Below, piece by piece: positions 42,862 through 43,880 of a stretch of DNA of 43,880 nucleotides. A model generated the notes under the pieces. It was not told where the DNA came from. It saw only the letters and a program-made list of their open reading frames with translations, and searched no databases. The stretch is from a virus. Taxonomy: Duplodnaviria > Heunggongvirae > Uroviricota > Caudoviricetes. The stretch lies in IMG/VR virus record IMGVR_UViG_2877948078_000004; one strand, given 5' to 3'. Every line of letters begins with the position of its first letter. Within the stretch, counting starts at the first letter, position 1. The translations under genes and the position numbers were made by a program.

Positions 42862-43880
42862 AAAAGCTAGGGGATTTACCTGATGTCACTTTTGAAGAGG
42901 CCTGCCTAAGATGGCTTGAGGAAAAAGCTGATAAAAAATCTCTCGATTCAGATAAAAGCCGGATTGAGTTCTGGCTTGAACATTTTGAGGGTATAAGGCT
43001 TAAAGATATCTCGGAGGCAAAGATTTACTCTGCTGTAAGCAGAATGCATAACAGAAAGACGAAAGAAATATGGAAACAGAAAGTTCAGGCCGCCATCAGG
43101 AAAGGTAAAGAACCGCCTGTTTATGAACCAAAGCCAGTATCAACTCAGACAAAGGCAAAGCATCTTGCCATGATAAAGGCCATTCTCCGTGCTGCAGAAC
43201 GCGACTGGAAGTGGCTGGAAAAAGCGCCTGTCATCAAGATACCAGCGGTCAGAAACAAGCGAGTCAGATGGCTGGAAAAGGAGGAAGCAAAACGCCTTAT
43301 TGATGAGTGCCCCGAACCACTGAAATCTGTCGTCAAGTTTGCGCTGGCAACTGGTCTGAGAAAGTCGAACATCATAAATCTGGAATGGCAACAAATCGAC
43401 ATGCAGCGACGAGTTGCCTGGGTGAATCCAGAAGAGAGCAAATCAAACCGCGCCATTGGTGTGGCGCTGAACGATACCGCCTGTAAAGTGTTGCGTGATC
43501 AAATAGGCAAGCATCACAAATGGGTGTTTGTACATACCAAGGCGGCTAAGCGAGCAGATGGAACATCAACGCCTGCGGTCAGGAAGATGCGCATCGACAG
43601 CAAGACATCATGGCTATCAGCTTGTCGTCGTGCAGGAATTGAAGATTTCCGTTTCCATGACCTCAGACACACCTGGGCAAGCTGGCTGATTCAGTCAGGC
43701 GTCCCATTATCAGTGCTTCAGGAAATGGGCGGATGGGAGTCCATAGAAATGGTTCGTAGGTATGCTCACCTTGCGCCTAATCATTTGACAGAGCATGCGA
43801 GGAAAATAGACGACATTTTTGGTGATAATGTCCCAAATATGTCCCACTCTGGAATTATGGAGGATATAAAGAAGGCGTAA
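42717..43880 (+). CDS. int: Tyrosine recombinase / phage integrase (P4-type family)
   Basis: 387 aa; N-terminal [35 protein letters not shown]… and C-terminal catalytic motifs (…[15 protein letters not shown]…MVRRYAHL) with the R..HxxR..Y pattern; stop is the last codon of the window, so att lies beyond it. Confidence 0.9.
   Translation: MSLFRRNEIWYASYSLPGGKRIKESLGTKDKRQAQELHDKRKAELWRVEKLGDLPDVTFEEACLRWLEEKADKKSLDSDKSRIEFWLEHFEGIRLKDISEAKIYSAVSRMHNRKTKEIWKQKVQAAIRKGKEPPVYEPKPVSTQTKAKHLAMIKAILRAAERDWKWLEKAPVIKIPAVRNKRVRWLEKEEAKRLIDECPEPLKSVVKFALATGLRKSNIINLEWQQIDMQRRVAWVNPEESKSNRAIGVALNDTACKVLRDQIGKHHKWVFVHTKAAKRADGTSTPAVRKMRIDSKTSWLSACRRAGIEDFRFHDLRHTWASWLIQSGVPLSVLQEMGGWESIEMVRRYAHLAPNHLTEHARKIDDIFGDNVPNMSHSGIMEDIKKA

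Overview
This window holds almost an entire lambdoid prophage, with integrase at the right edge and tail-fibre assembly at the left edge. Reading left to right on the + strand: a lambda-type morphogenesis block, all on the - strand (tfa, stf, lom, J, I, K, L, M, H, G/G-T, V, U, Z, FII, FI, E, D, C/Nu3, B, W, A, Nu1), then cos. Next comes an AT-rich moron cluster (ylcI-, ybcW-, ybcV-like, bor), a phage-21/DLP12-type lysis cassette (pinholin, SAR endolysin, Rz/Rz1), an OmpC-family porin moron, Q (QuuD-like) and the nin genes (ylcG, rusA, ybcO, ninE, ybcN). A cargo region follows: a Bro-N protein, small ORFs and a NACHT/STAND NTPase gene broken by a frameshift in an A8/T8 run. Then come truncated ren, P, O with ori iterons, a YdaT-like protein, cro, divergent cI, two unknown genes at the rexAB position, the pL/OL region, gamS, bet, exo, small early-left ORFs, a TraR-like zinc finger, xis and a tyrosine integrase. 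No tRNA, rRNA or CRISPR array was seen. Protein identities rest on my recognition of the translated sequences (lambda, phage 21 and DLP12 families); no database search was run. The most interesting candidates are the frameshifted NACHT NTPase, the two-gene cI-downstream cassette, and a repeat-bounded Bro-N module.
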